A stretch of 57,281 nt of DNA, the filler included, from Platydemus manokwari (Eukaryota): the NCBI GenBank assembly GCA_037951405.1. It is 5 parts of 5 records of this genome, joined end to end, with 100 filler letters (N's around TTAATTAATTAA, not from the genome) between each part and the next. Parts side by side here need not be neighbours in the genome. Positions count along the whole stretch, not along the records: positions 31,255 to 48,142 come from JBBMOY011136994.1; positions 48,243 to 57,281 come from JBBMOY011309649.1; 3 more parts are not named here. One strand, written 5' to 3'. The translations under genes and the position numbers were made by a program. Shown here one piece after another: positions 45,279-57,281 of the stretch (positions within the stretch are counted from its first letter, which is position 1; each line of letters opens with the position of its first letter). The notes under the pieces were generated by a model. It did no database searches. It was given only the letters and a program-made list of their open reading frames with translations, and had not been told where the DNA came from.

Positions 45279-46158
45279 TGTTGGGTTTTGGTCTTATTAG
45301 TTAATATGCCCAACACGGGTGACTTTTTCAAGCTGGTCTGATTTCAACTCAAATCAACTCTCTCGATTATCAGTCTATAATTAAATATCCACTTATTATG
45401 TAAAAGCTATTCTATTGACTAGAATAACAACCTTTTATTACTTATATTCAAAAACAATTATTAAAATAATAAATCAAAACTGAGGACACTTTTATAAGAA
45501 AAAGTCCGCTATTGAAAATCAAAACAAATTACAAAGTTTTCAGAATATTTTACAATTAACGATTATTGATTTATTAATAAATCGGACCAACAAACAAAAT
45601 TATTTAACCTACAACAAACTCCATTTTGGCTCAATCAATTTATGGTGCGTGAGTGGTCGATTCGAATTTGACAAAACGACCTATAAGTAATGATTTTAAA
45701 TAATATAGATTTTAAAATATATTTTTATTTTCGTTCTGGCAACCTCCGCACCTTTGAGTTAATTCCGTTTAAGCAAAGTATCCAATATTACCAAGTGCGT
45801 TGTAGTTGATGCTTGTGGATCTTTCGAAGTCTATGGATTCTTCGTCCGGAAACAAGTATCGTCGTCAGCAGTTTTTCTGTTTTAAAGTTTTTGCTTTCTA
45901 AGAGTTTTCTTTCTCAGTTCAGACTTTTAAATTTTCTTGTTAAGATTTTATGTCTAATTTTATGTGAGCTAAAGATAATGATTTTTGGTGCCTATTTATA
46001 GCATTTTAGAAGTGGAAAATTCGCTTTAGAAATTTAAAGTATTTTTATTTTTTCACTTCGAAATTAAAATTATTTTATTTTTCCAAAAATTTAATACTAA
46101 TATTTTATTAATTCTATTAAATAAATTCTATTAATTTTAGACTTTTAGAAATTCCAAC
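45279..46158 (-). mobile_element. Putative solo LTR
   Basis: Termini TGTTGG...TCCAACG, a minus-strand TATAAATAGG near 45930-45940, and a second copy at 20459-20867. No TSD confirmed. Confidence 0.55.
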
Positions 46159-46513
46159 GAATTAATTTTGGAATTTCTATATATATATAAACACAACTTG
46201 GAAATTTATATAAGTTCATTTTATTTTTGCCTTTATTATTATTTTTAGGTGAGCTATTTATTATTTTTGTCATCCGATTTATTTTTAAGTTTGTTTTTCA
46301 TTAAAAATTTCCATTAATTTTAAAATATAATTTTTAACAAAATACGTTATACACTGAATACAAATATTTGAGTACAAATATTCCAGTATTCAATTTCTTC
46401 CTCTTGTTCTTTAATTTGTTTTAGTTTTTCCGTTCTTCCTTTCGGATTGCTGCATCTCTTTTATCTCGGAATTCATTATTAATTTTTTCTGATCCGTGGA
46501 TATCTTGTGCGGA

Positions 46514-47092
46514 TTACCTCAGCGGTTGATGGACTATTGGGTCTGTGGGTATCATTTTGTAATGTCGTGTGTTGGGATCTACCTTACAGATATCACTTGT
46601 TTCCTCATCGTCATCGAAGACTAGCGCATCTTGGTTCGAGATGGCCAAAGCCTTTTTTATTATTGGGGGCAGGAAGATGGGCGCTTCTGGATTAAGGGGT
46701 GGTTGAGCCCCGATGCTTTGAACCCATCGTAGATATTGCTTGGAGTCTTGGCTGTTGTTCTGCCGTGTAGATGGCGTGGTCTGTCCATTCTGGCTCCAAT
46801 TTTTTGTAGATGGCAATAATTGAGTCTAGCGAACTTAAGAGCCCTCCGAATGGCATGCTGTTATAGACTGGGCCTGCTATGTATGAATGGTCTTTCCAGC
46901 TCTTTTGGACATGATGAGTGCAATGGAGCACATTTTCTGGTACTGATCCCATAATAAATTCGTTTCGTTAATCCCCATGTGCCTGAGAGTATTGCGCGTA
47001 TGATACTGAAGATCCCCATTAAGTACAAAACTGTTATTGTCAACAAAACTAAGAAAGAAATGCTCAAGACGGTTTTCAACATATGTATTCAT
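46514..47092 (-). CDS. Cassette of overlapping ORFs downstream of the capsid-like gene (unknown function, one TM helix)
   Basis: Four overlapping minus-strand ORFs in GC-enriched sequence; 46861..47082 starts with hydrophobic MLKTVLSISFLVLLTITVLYLMGIFSII. Confidence 0.4.
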
Positions 47093-47147
47093 AACAAATG
47101 ATAACTGATTAAATAATACTGTTTAAATATATTAGTTTATCCAATCA

Positions 47148-48142
47148 TTATGGAGCTTTAGTAGTAGTGGTAGTTGGAGCCTGAGTAGTTGTTGGGTCTA
47201 TTGACATGTCTCTTTCGTCGCAATCAACCTCTCTATCTTTGTCGGGAGCAACAGCATTATCAGCGTACCTAGTTAGCATATTAATTTATAAATAAATAAA
47301 CAAATGTGCTAACCTTGCTGGCATAACTAATTTGAGATTGTCTTTCATGCTTGGAAATAATATACTATTTTCAATTTTTGTGTTGGTAAAATCAAAATCA
47401 GATACATAATAAAAAAAGGAACTAGATAAGGTTGTTTCATCACTTTCCATGTTCTAGTCGGTCCATGATTTTGTAATGGTTGTAAACCATCATATGCTAC
47501 ATGAGTAGGAAATTTATTATTGACAGTGATTTGAGCAAAGTAAGGCTGTACAGCTTTACCGTAAACTTTAAATCGATATTCTACTTTCCATTTAAAAGTA
47601 CAAGTAAGTTTTGCCTTGTTACCATTAGGTCCCATGCAAGACTTGAGTTTAACAAATAACATATTCATTGGAGCATGTTCAGAAGCATCTTCCATGTCTG
47701 CAATTTCTCTGTATTGATTCTTTGCAGCTTGTGTTTTATTGTGTTCCGTTGTAGGATTTTGCAATGTTCCTGTATCATCAATCAAATCTAATTTAATTCT
47801 TTTTAGTTCCAAATTGGTTTTGTAATCTTTCAAATACGGACATGGAAATTCCATTCGTCGAGGTTCATGAAACATGTTACCCTCTTTATCGAAACATCTT
47901 CGACCATATCGTCCAGCGAAGAGGTTACGTAATGGTCTAACAATTTTACAATTGAATTTATCAAAACGATATAGTTTGCTAGCGCATTTATCCTTTTGAA
48001 CAGTTGATCATTTTTGAGAATAAAATTCCGAAGTTAAACGAGGTAATTTTTGAGATGCACCATAGTTTTTTTGTTCTTCTAACCAGTATTTGTGTTTCTT
48101 TGGACCGATGAAATCGAAATGATGTAACAATCCATATAATTC
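47148..48142 (-). pseudogene. Endogenous parvovirus-like capsid (VP) gene, C-terminal portion
   Basis: The frame runs from the contig edge (48142) through one TGA (48008-48010) into ORF 47345..47875. EHAPMNMLFVKLKSCMGPNGNKAKLTCTFKWKVEYRFKVYG resembles the P-x-x-F-I-K / last beta-strand segment of parvoviral jelly-roll capsids. There is a frameshift in the T7 run near 47411-47417 and a putative 45-nt intron. Confidence 0.55.
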
Positions 48143-48242
48143 NNNNNNNNNNNNNNNNNNNNNNNNNNNNNNNNNNNNNNNNNNNNTTAATTAATTAANN
48201 NNNNNNNNNNNNNNNNNNNNNNNNNNNNNNNNNNNNNNNNNN
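48143..48242. other. Artificial contig linker
   Basis: N44-TTAATTAATTAA-N44. Confidence 0.97.
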
Positions 48243-48248
48243 ATAGAA

Positions 48249-48250
<2 letters not shown>

Positions 48251-48299
<49 letters not shown>
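48251..48299. repeat. (AAT)n microsatellite
   Basis: About 16 AAT units in a FANCD2 intron at the contig edge. Confidence 0.95.
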
Positions 48300-48314
48300 T
48301 TGTTATAAACATAC

Positions 48315-51300
48315 CATCACTGTCACAGATTTCAATGCATTTATTTAATATTAATTTAAATAAACCACTCATCTCGACGATCTTCTTGATAATTGTTTCT
48401 TCGTCCATTGCATCAATATTTCGGAACAAAACTTGATTTTTTTGGCTAATGAATATTATAAATCAATAAATTGTCCCAATGAAGATATTGTATAATAATA
48501 GAGGTTCCAAAAAATAATAAATATTATATAATATTCATATTAATCCAAATAATTTCATTTAATAGTGAACAGATCATTGATGGATATCGAATAGTTTACA
48601 TAATCATCCAACGAAAAGATTCGTCATAATTAAACAATTCTGTACACAGTGTCAAAACATCTCACCTCGTGTATAAAAGAACTTATATTGGCATTATATT
48701 AAAACCGTATGATTTGCAAGTCTGTGGAAAGTGAAAACATCAATTTTCGAATTCAATACACAAAGTTCCACAATTACATGAACATGAATTATCATAAAAC
48801 AAGATTTCTCTAAATTACCATTTCTCTAATCTCTAATATGAGGTGCGTTATTGTCGAATAAGACGAGGAGCCTAATTGGAAAATAAATATAATGAAGAAA
48901 TCAGCAGCACTATTTATCGAAACTTTTAATTTGATATTCTATCAATATTAAACAAAAATTATGAGGCATACCGTGCATGAAATGTCTTTATCAGGTTGAA
49001 TCATAGGCACATGTATTTACCTAATATGATGCATTGAATTCTTTCATATTATAGACTCACGACCGAATAATGCAAATACCGGTCAGAGATATAAAAACCC
49101 ACAAAGTACATCGTTCATTTAGAAAAGAAATTATGGTACGTCAAATCAAAATCAAGGATGAACATGGAGATTGAAAACGTAAAGTAAGTATTAAATGTCC
49201 GATAACTGAACCAAGACTTCTTGTAAACACTTATAAAAGCATGAACTACTTCGAAAAGTAGTCCAGAAATGAAGACCCTACTGAACAGTCGAGCTACACT
49301 TTCATCGCAAGAGTACCTAGATGAGGGACCCCACAAAATATCACAATCCTAAATAAGCTTGGATTTAATGCGAAAAGGACGAAGGAAATTGTGATAGAAT
49401 ACATAAAAGCGAACACAGAATCAAGTTGGTACGACAATACTACCAAAATCAAGCAAGCTTCAAAAGGAAGTTGGGCGAAGAAAAAGAATTGAAATGAATG
49501 AAGACAAAGAAAGCTCTAAATATTAAATGATAAATGATTGCTCCACAGATCACTAAAGCATTGAAATCACGATGACCTTTAAAAGAAAAAGAAGTTGAAT
49601 AGGAAAACACTAAGTATAGCAATCTGTGATAAGGGAATAGTTTGAAATAAATAGTTGTTAAGCTTATAATAATGAAAACATAACAAGAAAATTAACATTT
49701 TTCATAGCTGAATTACATAATTTTCATTAAATGTCTAAGAAAATCAATATATAATTTGATGTAGTGCCTGTTTGTATTAATAAAAGCATATTATTATAAT
49801 ATTATTATTATTATTAATTACTTCATTAAAATCAATAAATGATCGTATATTATGTTTTCCAAAACAACAGAACATCTTCACCAGTGCTTTCAATCAATTA
49901 AATCAATAATTTTAGTGCTAAAGTTATAAATTAATTCCAAAACGTCGGATTAAATATTTTCAGAATGATATACACATTTAATTAATAATACCAAAATCAT
50001 CACCCACCTGATGGCTCCAAGAAATCCCGTCTTATCTCGCAAACAATGTTTGATCTTCAATAATAAATCGGATAGAAAAAACACCAACTCATTCCATGAC
50101 AAACAATCATCGATCGAATCGGCAGCCAATATCATATTCGCTCGAGCCAGAACAGCCAACATGGAATGAACGGATAAATCGATTTCTCGGAAACACACAC
50201 ACAAACAATCGTGTAATATTTTGCATTTTAAATTTTTATCGTCGACCGCTACCGTCGATCTGTTGTCATCTTCAATCAACTCGTTATCCAAATCAATAAT
50301 CGATTGGCATTTATCGATTTCCATTTCATCCAATTTCGCTTTCTTCGATTTAAATGCTCGTTTGACTGGTTTTCGACGAACAAGTGGTTTCTTCACTTCG
50401 GTCACCGAAATCCAATTTCTTCCGACAGCGGTATCGATTGTGGGCAATTTTATCGGTTTGGAAGACGAACTCAAAACGGTTTCCAGATTATTGATTTGAC
50501 TGACGACCAATTTCATCCGTTTCAACATTGTCTCGTGGAAATTGTCCACTCCACCTTCCAGTGGGTCTTGTGAGAATGCATTGACCACTTCAATCAACCA
50601 ATTAATGAACGTTAACAATTCCATTGGACATGCTTCATCCAATGAATCGCGGAACACAATCGGACAACCCAATAAAGCATTGATTTCCGTCAAATTCTGT
50701 TTGATTCTCAACTCGAAAAATGCCAACAACCGAAGATGGACCGGTAAATTGATGTGGACGATTTTTTCGGATCGATTTAAAGAATGTTTCGTTCGGGAAA
50801 CCATGATAGCCACATCACAATAATCCATTCCAACCAATCCAAACAACGGTTTCATTCCATCGTTATCTGTGTTGATATTACAAATGAAAATGTCCTGAAA
50901 CGAATTGGCAATCATTTTACTGATTTCTTTTTCCATCAATTTCATTTCGCCCAACGAAACCAATCGATACAATTCGTCAAAAACGACAATTATCAATTCT
51001 GGAGATGTTTCAGAATACGATAATAATAATTTCAAGATCGTCGATACTATTCGCTGAGAAATGCCGTTATCACTATCGTTACTGCTATTGGAGAAATCAA
51101 TTTCAGAATCGGGCTGATTGGCTATCATATTAAAGATATTATTGATCGATTGTGACGTATTGCAATCCTGATTGGCTAAATATTTCATCAATGTCACGGC
51201 ACCGATTCCACCATTTCTTCGAGTTATAAAATCGGAATTTTCTAATTGCTCTTTTATCAACAAAATGACATTGTTTCTCATATTTTCCCGTCCATCACTG

Positions 51301-52782
51301 ACGAAAACGTCATCGTTCACCGTTTCTTGGAAGGCCATTGCTCCTAAAATGCAATAAATCGTATAAATATGATTGCATTGCAAATCAATCGATTTCGACA
51401 GCAAATTAGAAATATGCAATTGAAACGGTTGGATTTTGTATTTGCAATTTTCCACCAAATATTTCAGAATTTCCAAAATGCCATCGACAACATTTTTCTG
51501 TTTCACACAGACATTCATTATCAAACAATCGAAAATCGTTTCTTCCGGAAATTCCGTCGTCGGATTCATAAAGCAATGAAAGTAAGCAATTTTCCCAAAG
51601 TTTACGAAAACTTTCCCATTCGATGCCAACATGGAATTGATAATTTTTAAGAAACTCCCATAGTAGGGTTGTAATAAATCCAAATGATATCTAATCAGAG
51701 TCTCAATGGTGTTGTCGGTAAATTGTTTTTTGGCGATTTTCGATTTGATTAAATTCAAAACTGGAACGTTTTCATTTTTATAGTCATGGAAGATTATCAG
51801 TAGCATGAAGAAATCGAAATTTTCCGATCGAACCTGACTGGATTTGTCGGAAATTGATTTCAACCATGATTTTCGAAGAGATGGATTAAATTGCAAATTG
51901 TTTCTTATCGAATTAATCAATTGAACAGCAGAATTGGAAGAGCTCGGAATGTAATTGAGGGGAGTCGAACTGAAAGCAGTACAAAACATGCTTTGTAAAT
52001 TGTCAAATTCAACATTCAGGCGAACTTTGTCGATGAGGTTGATTTGGTCTGGTCTATTTGTACATTTCAATAGGAAGGTTATGATCGCTGGCAGCGCACT
52101 CATTGCAGCTGTATCCAGCATTTCTGTCACAATCAATTCGACTCTGTTCAAGAAGTTTGCTCCCAAATCAAGTTTACTGATCGTATCTAACGAAGAACAA
52201 ATCAAATGATTATTACTCGACATCCAATCCAATAATTTTTCGGCTAAAATTGCATTGCATTGTCCTTGACAAATGTCGGGAAAAATTCTAATCAAATAAT
52301 TTTGTACGGAATTATTCGAAATATAACCTAAATCGAGTAATTTTTCCACAATTTGGCTCATGTTTTTGTTATAGATATTCCATTTGAATTGATTCAGACA
52401 AAGGATTGCCAATTGATTATCATCTTCAATGTTATTTAATGTCAATTCACAAACCTTTTCAATTAATAATTCCACCAAAAAACTACTCAATTCAGTTATC
52501 ATCAATATAATTTGACACAGTGACTTTGGTGTGGTAAATAGATGTATATCAAAATTTGAATTTACGGGTTGTAGAATCTTATATAATTCATCTCGATCAT
52601 TTATAATATGGGAAATTATTTCTTTAAATTTTTCAAATGTAGAAATATTTCCTTTTGTTAGTAGTTCTTTAAGATTTGCAATAACCATTTCAGTTGGAAA
52701 TCTTTGAACAAAACTATAACCATCAGGTTCGATACCACATTTTGAAAATATTTGGTTTAAGTTTCGAACGTAATCTGTCTTG
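48315..52782 (-). CDS. FANCD2: Fanconi anemia group D2 protein (partial)
   Basis: A large exon ~52782-50008 has LIKEQL...GGIGAVTL, LRLL, LTEINALLGCPI, FINWLIEVVNAFSQ, FREIDLSV and ELVFFLSDL..KI, all matching FANCD2 blocks. A phase-compatible next exon 48445-48315 reads QKNQVLFRNID...ETIIKKIV. The start exon and 3' exons are not visible. Confidence 0.9.
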
Positions 52783-53989
52783 CTAAAATTGCAATATAAC
52801 ACATCAATTGAATATTATTAAATAATAATTTATACTTCATATGAAATTTAAAATATGTTTGAGAAATATTATTTAAACAGTCGTCGTACTTAATTTTTAA
52901 ATTATAATTTTCAATTTATTAATATATAATATCAGGATGACTCTGATATAAGTTAAAGAATTAAAAATTAAAGACTTCGTTAATTGCATTTATCTAAATT
53001 TTTAGTCATTATATATTTTGCAAAAATTTTATCCGAATTTTTAAAGATCGCATAGGATCTGGCTGCCTTTTTGTATATTTAATCTGATGAAATAAGAAAA
53101 ACATAGGCAATTATATCAATGAAAATATAAATCTAGTTTATAAATAGACTATAGAATAATTTAGGTCTTATAAATTTAATTATAAACATAAAATTTCTCA
53201 TCATAATTGTTTCACAATTGAATGTCTATCGTAATATATCGATTTCAATAAAATAGAAACTTCTGGATTGTTAAAAATACTACCCTGATAACCGAGATTT
53301 GGGATTCAGTTGTAAGATTTCCAAAAGTGTGTATAAATAATTATTACAGCCTTACCCATCGTCAATTAAATATTAAGCAATGCATCAATTTTAATTATAT
53401 TTTTACCATTCGATTATCGACTATAGATTGATCAAACTTTGGTTTTGGTTTTAAAATAATAAATCGTAATATCGACAAATTTTATATTATAATAAACAAT
53501 ATAAAATCTTTAATTTAACTTTTATAAATCTTTTTAGAAAGTTTTTTAATTTAAAAATAAAGTTCATTTTATGCCACAAAATATTTAGAGTGTGTAATTT
53601 GACGTTTTGTCAGTTGATAGTCAATTTATTTAGATAATACTTAATGCTTTTAGTATCGATTCAGTGTCATTTGTTATTTTGAAAAATCATATTTTCTGAC
53701 TTATCCCTATTATCATAAATTAAATTTATCGATTAATTGGAGTGTGACAGAAAGTGCTTTTAAATTTTTCAAAAATCATTTTAGGTTGAGTAACGATATC
53801 ATTTATTCAGAGTTACATCATTGTAAAAGTCCCTGATGATGATATGCTTATAAGATCCACCTAGACGGATAATCTAAAAATAATTGATGATATTCGAAAT
53901 AAATTATTTAATATCGTTTATTTTTGAAAGCATCCTGAGTTATTTTACAATTCATTTAATCATAGTAAACTTCAATATATTTTAAATAT

Positions 53990-54900
53990 CACTTGAAAGA
54001 TGGGATTATAGTAAATCAAGGGATTGTATATCAATTAAAGGGTCTAAAAGCTGACCAATGATAAAATTAGGGCATAATTGACTTTAAATTAACTATATCG
54101 GTTACCGAAATTTTATCTTCTCGGAATATTTTTCAGATGATAACTTCTCGAGAAAAGATGTGATGGCTACCGGAATATTTATTTAATATAAATCAACCTA
54201 AACATGAAATCAATCAGTTCTCATGATGAGTAATTTAAATGGATAATTTCCAAGCTAAGCATCATGACAACTAAAATCGGACCTAATTTTGATGTAATTG
54301 GAGCCATACTAATTCAAGTCATCGAATATCGTAATAAAATTGTTATAGCTTACGTCTCTTGCCATCTGAGGAATAACAAGAAGAGTTATTATGTATGCTT
54401 AATATCTTTTAACAGACAATATCTTTATTGAAAGAGGTTCAATTCTATAACGAATCACGAGGTATGGAATGCCTCGAAAAAGTCCATTGTTCAAAATGTA
54501 GATGGGTAGAAGTACGATTTAGAACTGCGCTGTAGAAAAGGAGAATAGCAATGCATATGCTATGTTATGAATTGGTGAAAATTATGTTAGCAGTATCGGA
54601 CTAAGCAGGAGAATGCCAAAATAAATAAACCGAAGACAAGATAACAGGCACAAATTCAATATGAACCAGATTTTATCCGAAACATAATGAAAGAACAACA
54701 GAAGGGATAAAATAAGGTTTAAGAATTCAAATTACCGGATAATGTAGAATTTTGGAAAACAATTCTCTGCAAGAAGTTAAAGATGGAATATTTGTAGTGG
54801 ACAGAAACGACAATATTGATTTTGTTGAACCAAGCAAATATACAAAGGAAATTGGTCAAACATATGCCATTTTAGAAGCAAAAAAAATTCTGAATTTTTA
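53990..54900 (+). pseudogene. Highly degenerate Gypsy RT/RNase H remnant
   Basis: IGAILIQ...IVIAYVSCHL...KSY and YLY.KRF..ITNH RNase H-like motifs. Confidence 0.6.
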
Positions 54901-55395
54901 GAATATAGCTTTCATTTACACCATACACTTACACGACCATCAGGCTATCATAAAACCATGTTTGGTTTCGCTAAAGTACAGATCAATATTCAACAAATAA
55001 ATAATACTGGATTAAATTTGGTAACTTTAAAAAATATAAAAATAATCAATACCATTGTACAACCTGATTATCAAAAAGGTTCAAATTGGAAATTTCTTAA
55101 GACTTCTAACAATAATTTATTTACGCGAGTAAAACAAAATGCATTAACAAATATCATTTCGAACCAAGTAAAGCTCGGTTATTGATCATATAAATATTAG
55201 AAATGCAAACTTTTTAAAATCATTTACTAATATCCAAATCCATGTTCGCAAATTGGAAGAATTATTCTAAAATAAATTGTTATCAAAACCTTAAGATAAA
55301 CTAAATTTATTGACAAAATCGACAACTAAAGTGAGCAAATTCGGAAATTAAATCTATGATCAGAACATTATTCAGACTTAAAATACATAGCATAT

Positions 55396-55914
55396 TTAAA
55401 ATCCTTTTGCCTTTTCTTTAAAATATTGAACACCTTGTTGTGCATATTCCGGTGATTTAACAATTTGATCAAAAGTATACTTGACTCCTATAATACAAAT
55501 ATGTAGATTTTTAATTATTAAATAAATGTTTATAAAAATTATAAAACATGAAACAAAAACTGAAATTCAAAGTATTTTTATTTCGGTTATAATATGGAAT
55601 AACCTTCATTCCAGCGATGTTTGGCAAGTTCTTTAATTTCACCAGCTTTGGTGGGAATCTAAATCATTCATTTTAAAATAAGCTATTAAACATAATGTAA
55701 AATCTACAATTTCATAAGATTTTGCCATTACAGAGTGGCGTAATTTATTTAATGGATCTTTACTAACATTGTTATCGGACCAGACTCCGGCTTTTACTGT
55801 GAAATATAACACACCTGCAGCGACGGAAACTTTTGTGGATAAACTAAATATATCAAAACAATATTTCACAACAAATAAACGAATCTACCTTATTAATTTT
55901 GCAAATTTATGCAT
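55396..55914 (-). CDS. MICOS13: MICOS complex subunit MIC13/QIL1, complete
   Basis: Four GT-AG exons 55914-55889, 55843-55708, 55658-55604, 55487-55396 give MHKFAKLISLSTKVSVAAGVLYFTVKAGVWSD...KHRWNEGVKYTF...SPEYAQQGVQYFKEKAKGF*. The K..VA.G..Y / GVW and WN.G motifs are characteristic of QIL1. Confidence 0.88.
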
Positions 55915-57281
55915 AATTTAAAAATATTATTCAAATTGATAGTAATTTTAAAAGATTCAAACAATGTTTTACTACAAATTTCTCAAAATTGCTTAATTCT
56001 TTGGAGATCTAATTAATACAATCAAAACAACCATATGAAATAATTCAATGTTCAATATGTTCAAATTAGAGTCCTTTAATTTATTAAATTCATCATAAAT
56101 TAATATTTATATAAAAAAATGATGTTAAAAAAATTTGGACTTAAATATTTTAATTTCATATGAAATATAAAAATAAAAAAAATATATTTTAATTAAAAAC
56201 ATTAATTTTGAAATGTTCTATCTTAAATTTATTTTAGAAAATGTAATTCATAATCGTTAATTATTTTGCTAGTGTATGTGTTTAAAAGCATTAACAATTT
56301 AATTTATTTTCAAAATTGTTTTCAAATGGATATAAAAATATTTGGATATTTATACTACTTTAATAAAGGTATTTACAATACATTTTTATAGATATATATT
56401 TTTAATAATATATCTTATTAATGATAATTTCATCACATGACGAAATTGTTATATTTTAAAAATGAATTAATTCGTCAAAAAAATACAAAAAATACATTTT
56501 AATAAAATCATTATCTTTCAATCGCAAAATGACACTAAATCTTTATGGTGAGATTTAAGATTAAACAGATGTTTTATTATTGTGGATTTTGAAATATGCT
56601 AATCAGAGATTTGTTCACAAAGTATATCTGATGTCAGGAGATTGTTGTAGGTTCATAGAGAACGTCTATACTTTCAAATGTGCCATATTTAAGAAATTTC
56701 GACTTATTTAATTTCTCCAAAGAGTATTTCGTAATATAAATAAAAATGATAAGCAAGTTTATACTGATGAGGTCTTGCTAAAATGGAAGGCGAGTTGTTT
56801 GTCAAATTCATCTTGAGTGTTCCAGTTTCTAATCGAGACATTTTCTCATTTCAAGTCTTAATATATGTCTTGTCTTTCATATGAGCCTATTGAAAACTTT
56901 TTCGTTTAATTTTTATTCGTAATTATTAAAAATTAAACTTCGAATAGAACTTTTGACTCTAAGGTTACCGATTTATGGATTATATTATATAATAGTTAGG
57001 TAATGACTTCAGATATCATCGATTGATATTGAAATAAGATTTTATGAATTTAAAATGTGACAGAAATCAATAATTAGCAAAATATAGCAAAATGTATAAA
57101 GGAACCGCGAATAACTTTGAACATAGTATAACTAAAGATTTAAACAAGAAGTTGTTATCAATTCCATCATTCAGAATAACCAATCATATCAGGTTCATCT
57201 TATTTGCACTTCAATGAGTATCATTGTATTTGTGTCTACAGTAAACTTATAAAGTAGTCTTTCATAAAAGACATTATCTAG

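Noticed and set aside
48008-48010. TGA as evidence of an alternative genetic code or selenocysteine
   Set aside because: A single instance. Mint ends in TGA, so TGA is a stop here; decay or a sequencing error is simpler.
50096-52209. Multiple plus-strand ORFs
   Set aside because: Antisense shadows of the FANCD2 exon.

Overview
This is a very AT-rich, intron-containing animal genome. The many 41-55 nt GT-AG introns and the composition are compatible with a flatworm such as a planarian, but the taxon cannot be proven from the sequence. The window is five contigs joined by artificial 100-bp N44-TTAATTAATTAA-N44 linkers. Genes are cut at the linkers, so synteny across them is unreliable. Host genes reconstructed by hand: Mint/X11/LIN-10 (7 exons, minus, 5'-truncated), the N-terminal part of a Misshapen/MAP4K4-type kinase (plus, 3'-truncated), a perilipin-like gene, a type-I glutamine-synthetase/lengsin-like gene, FANCD2 (one ~2.8-kb exon plus a downstream exon) and a complete MIC13/QIL1. 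Most of the rest is decayed mobile DNA: Gypsy elements (one with an extra post-integrase ORF), an R2/NeSL-like LINE, a full-length Buster-type hAT with a perfect 8-bp TSD, MITEs and solo LTRs. Three items stand out. (i) An apparent endogenous parvovirus-like capsid gene carries a short spliceosomal-type intron and a downstream cassette of overlapping ORFs. (ii) A Polinton/adintovirus-like MCP-core-penton remnant is present. (iii) In FANCD2 the conserved monoubiquitination motif RKQL reads KEQL. All homology calls come from motif recognition by eye; no database search was run.
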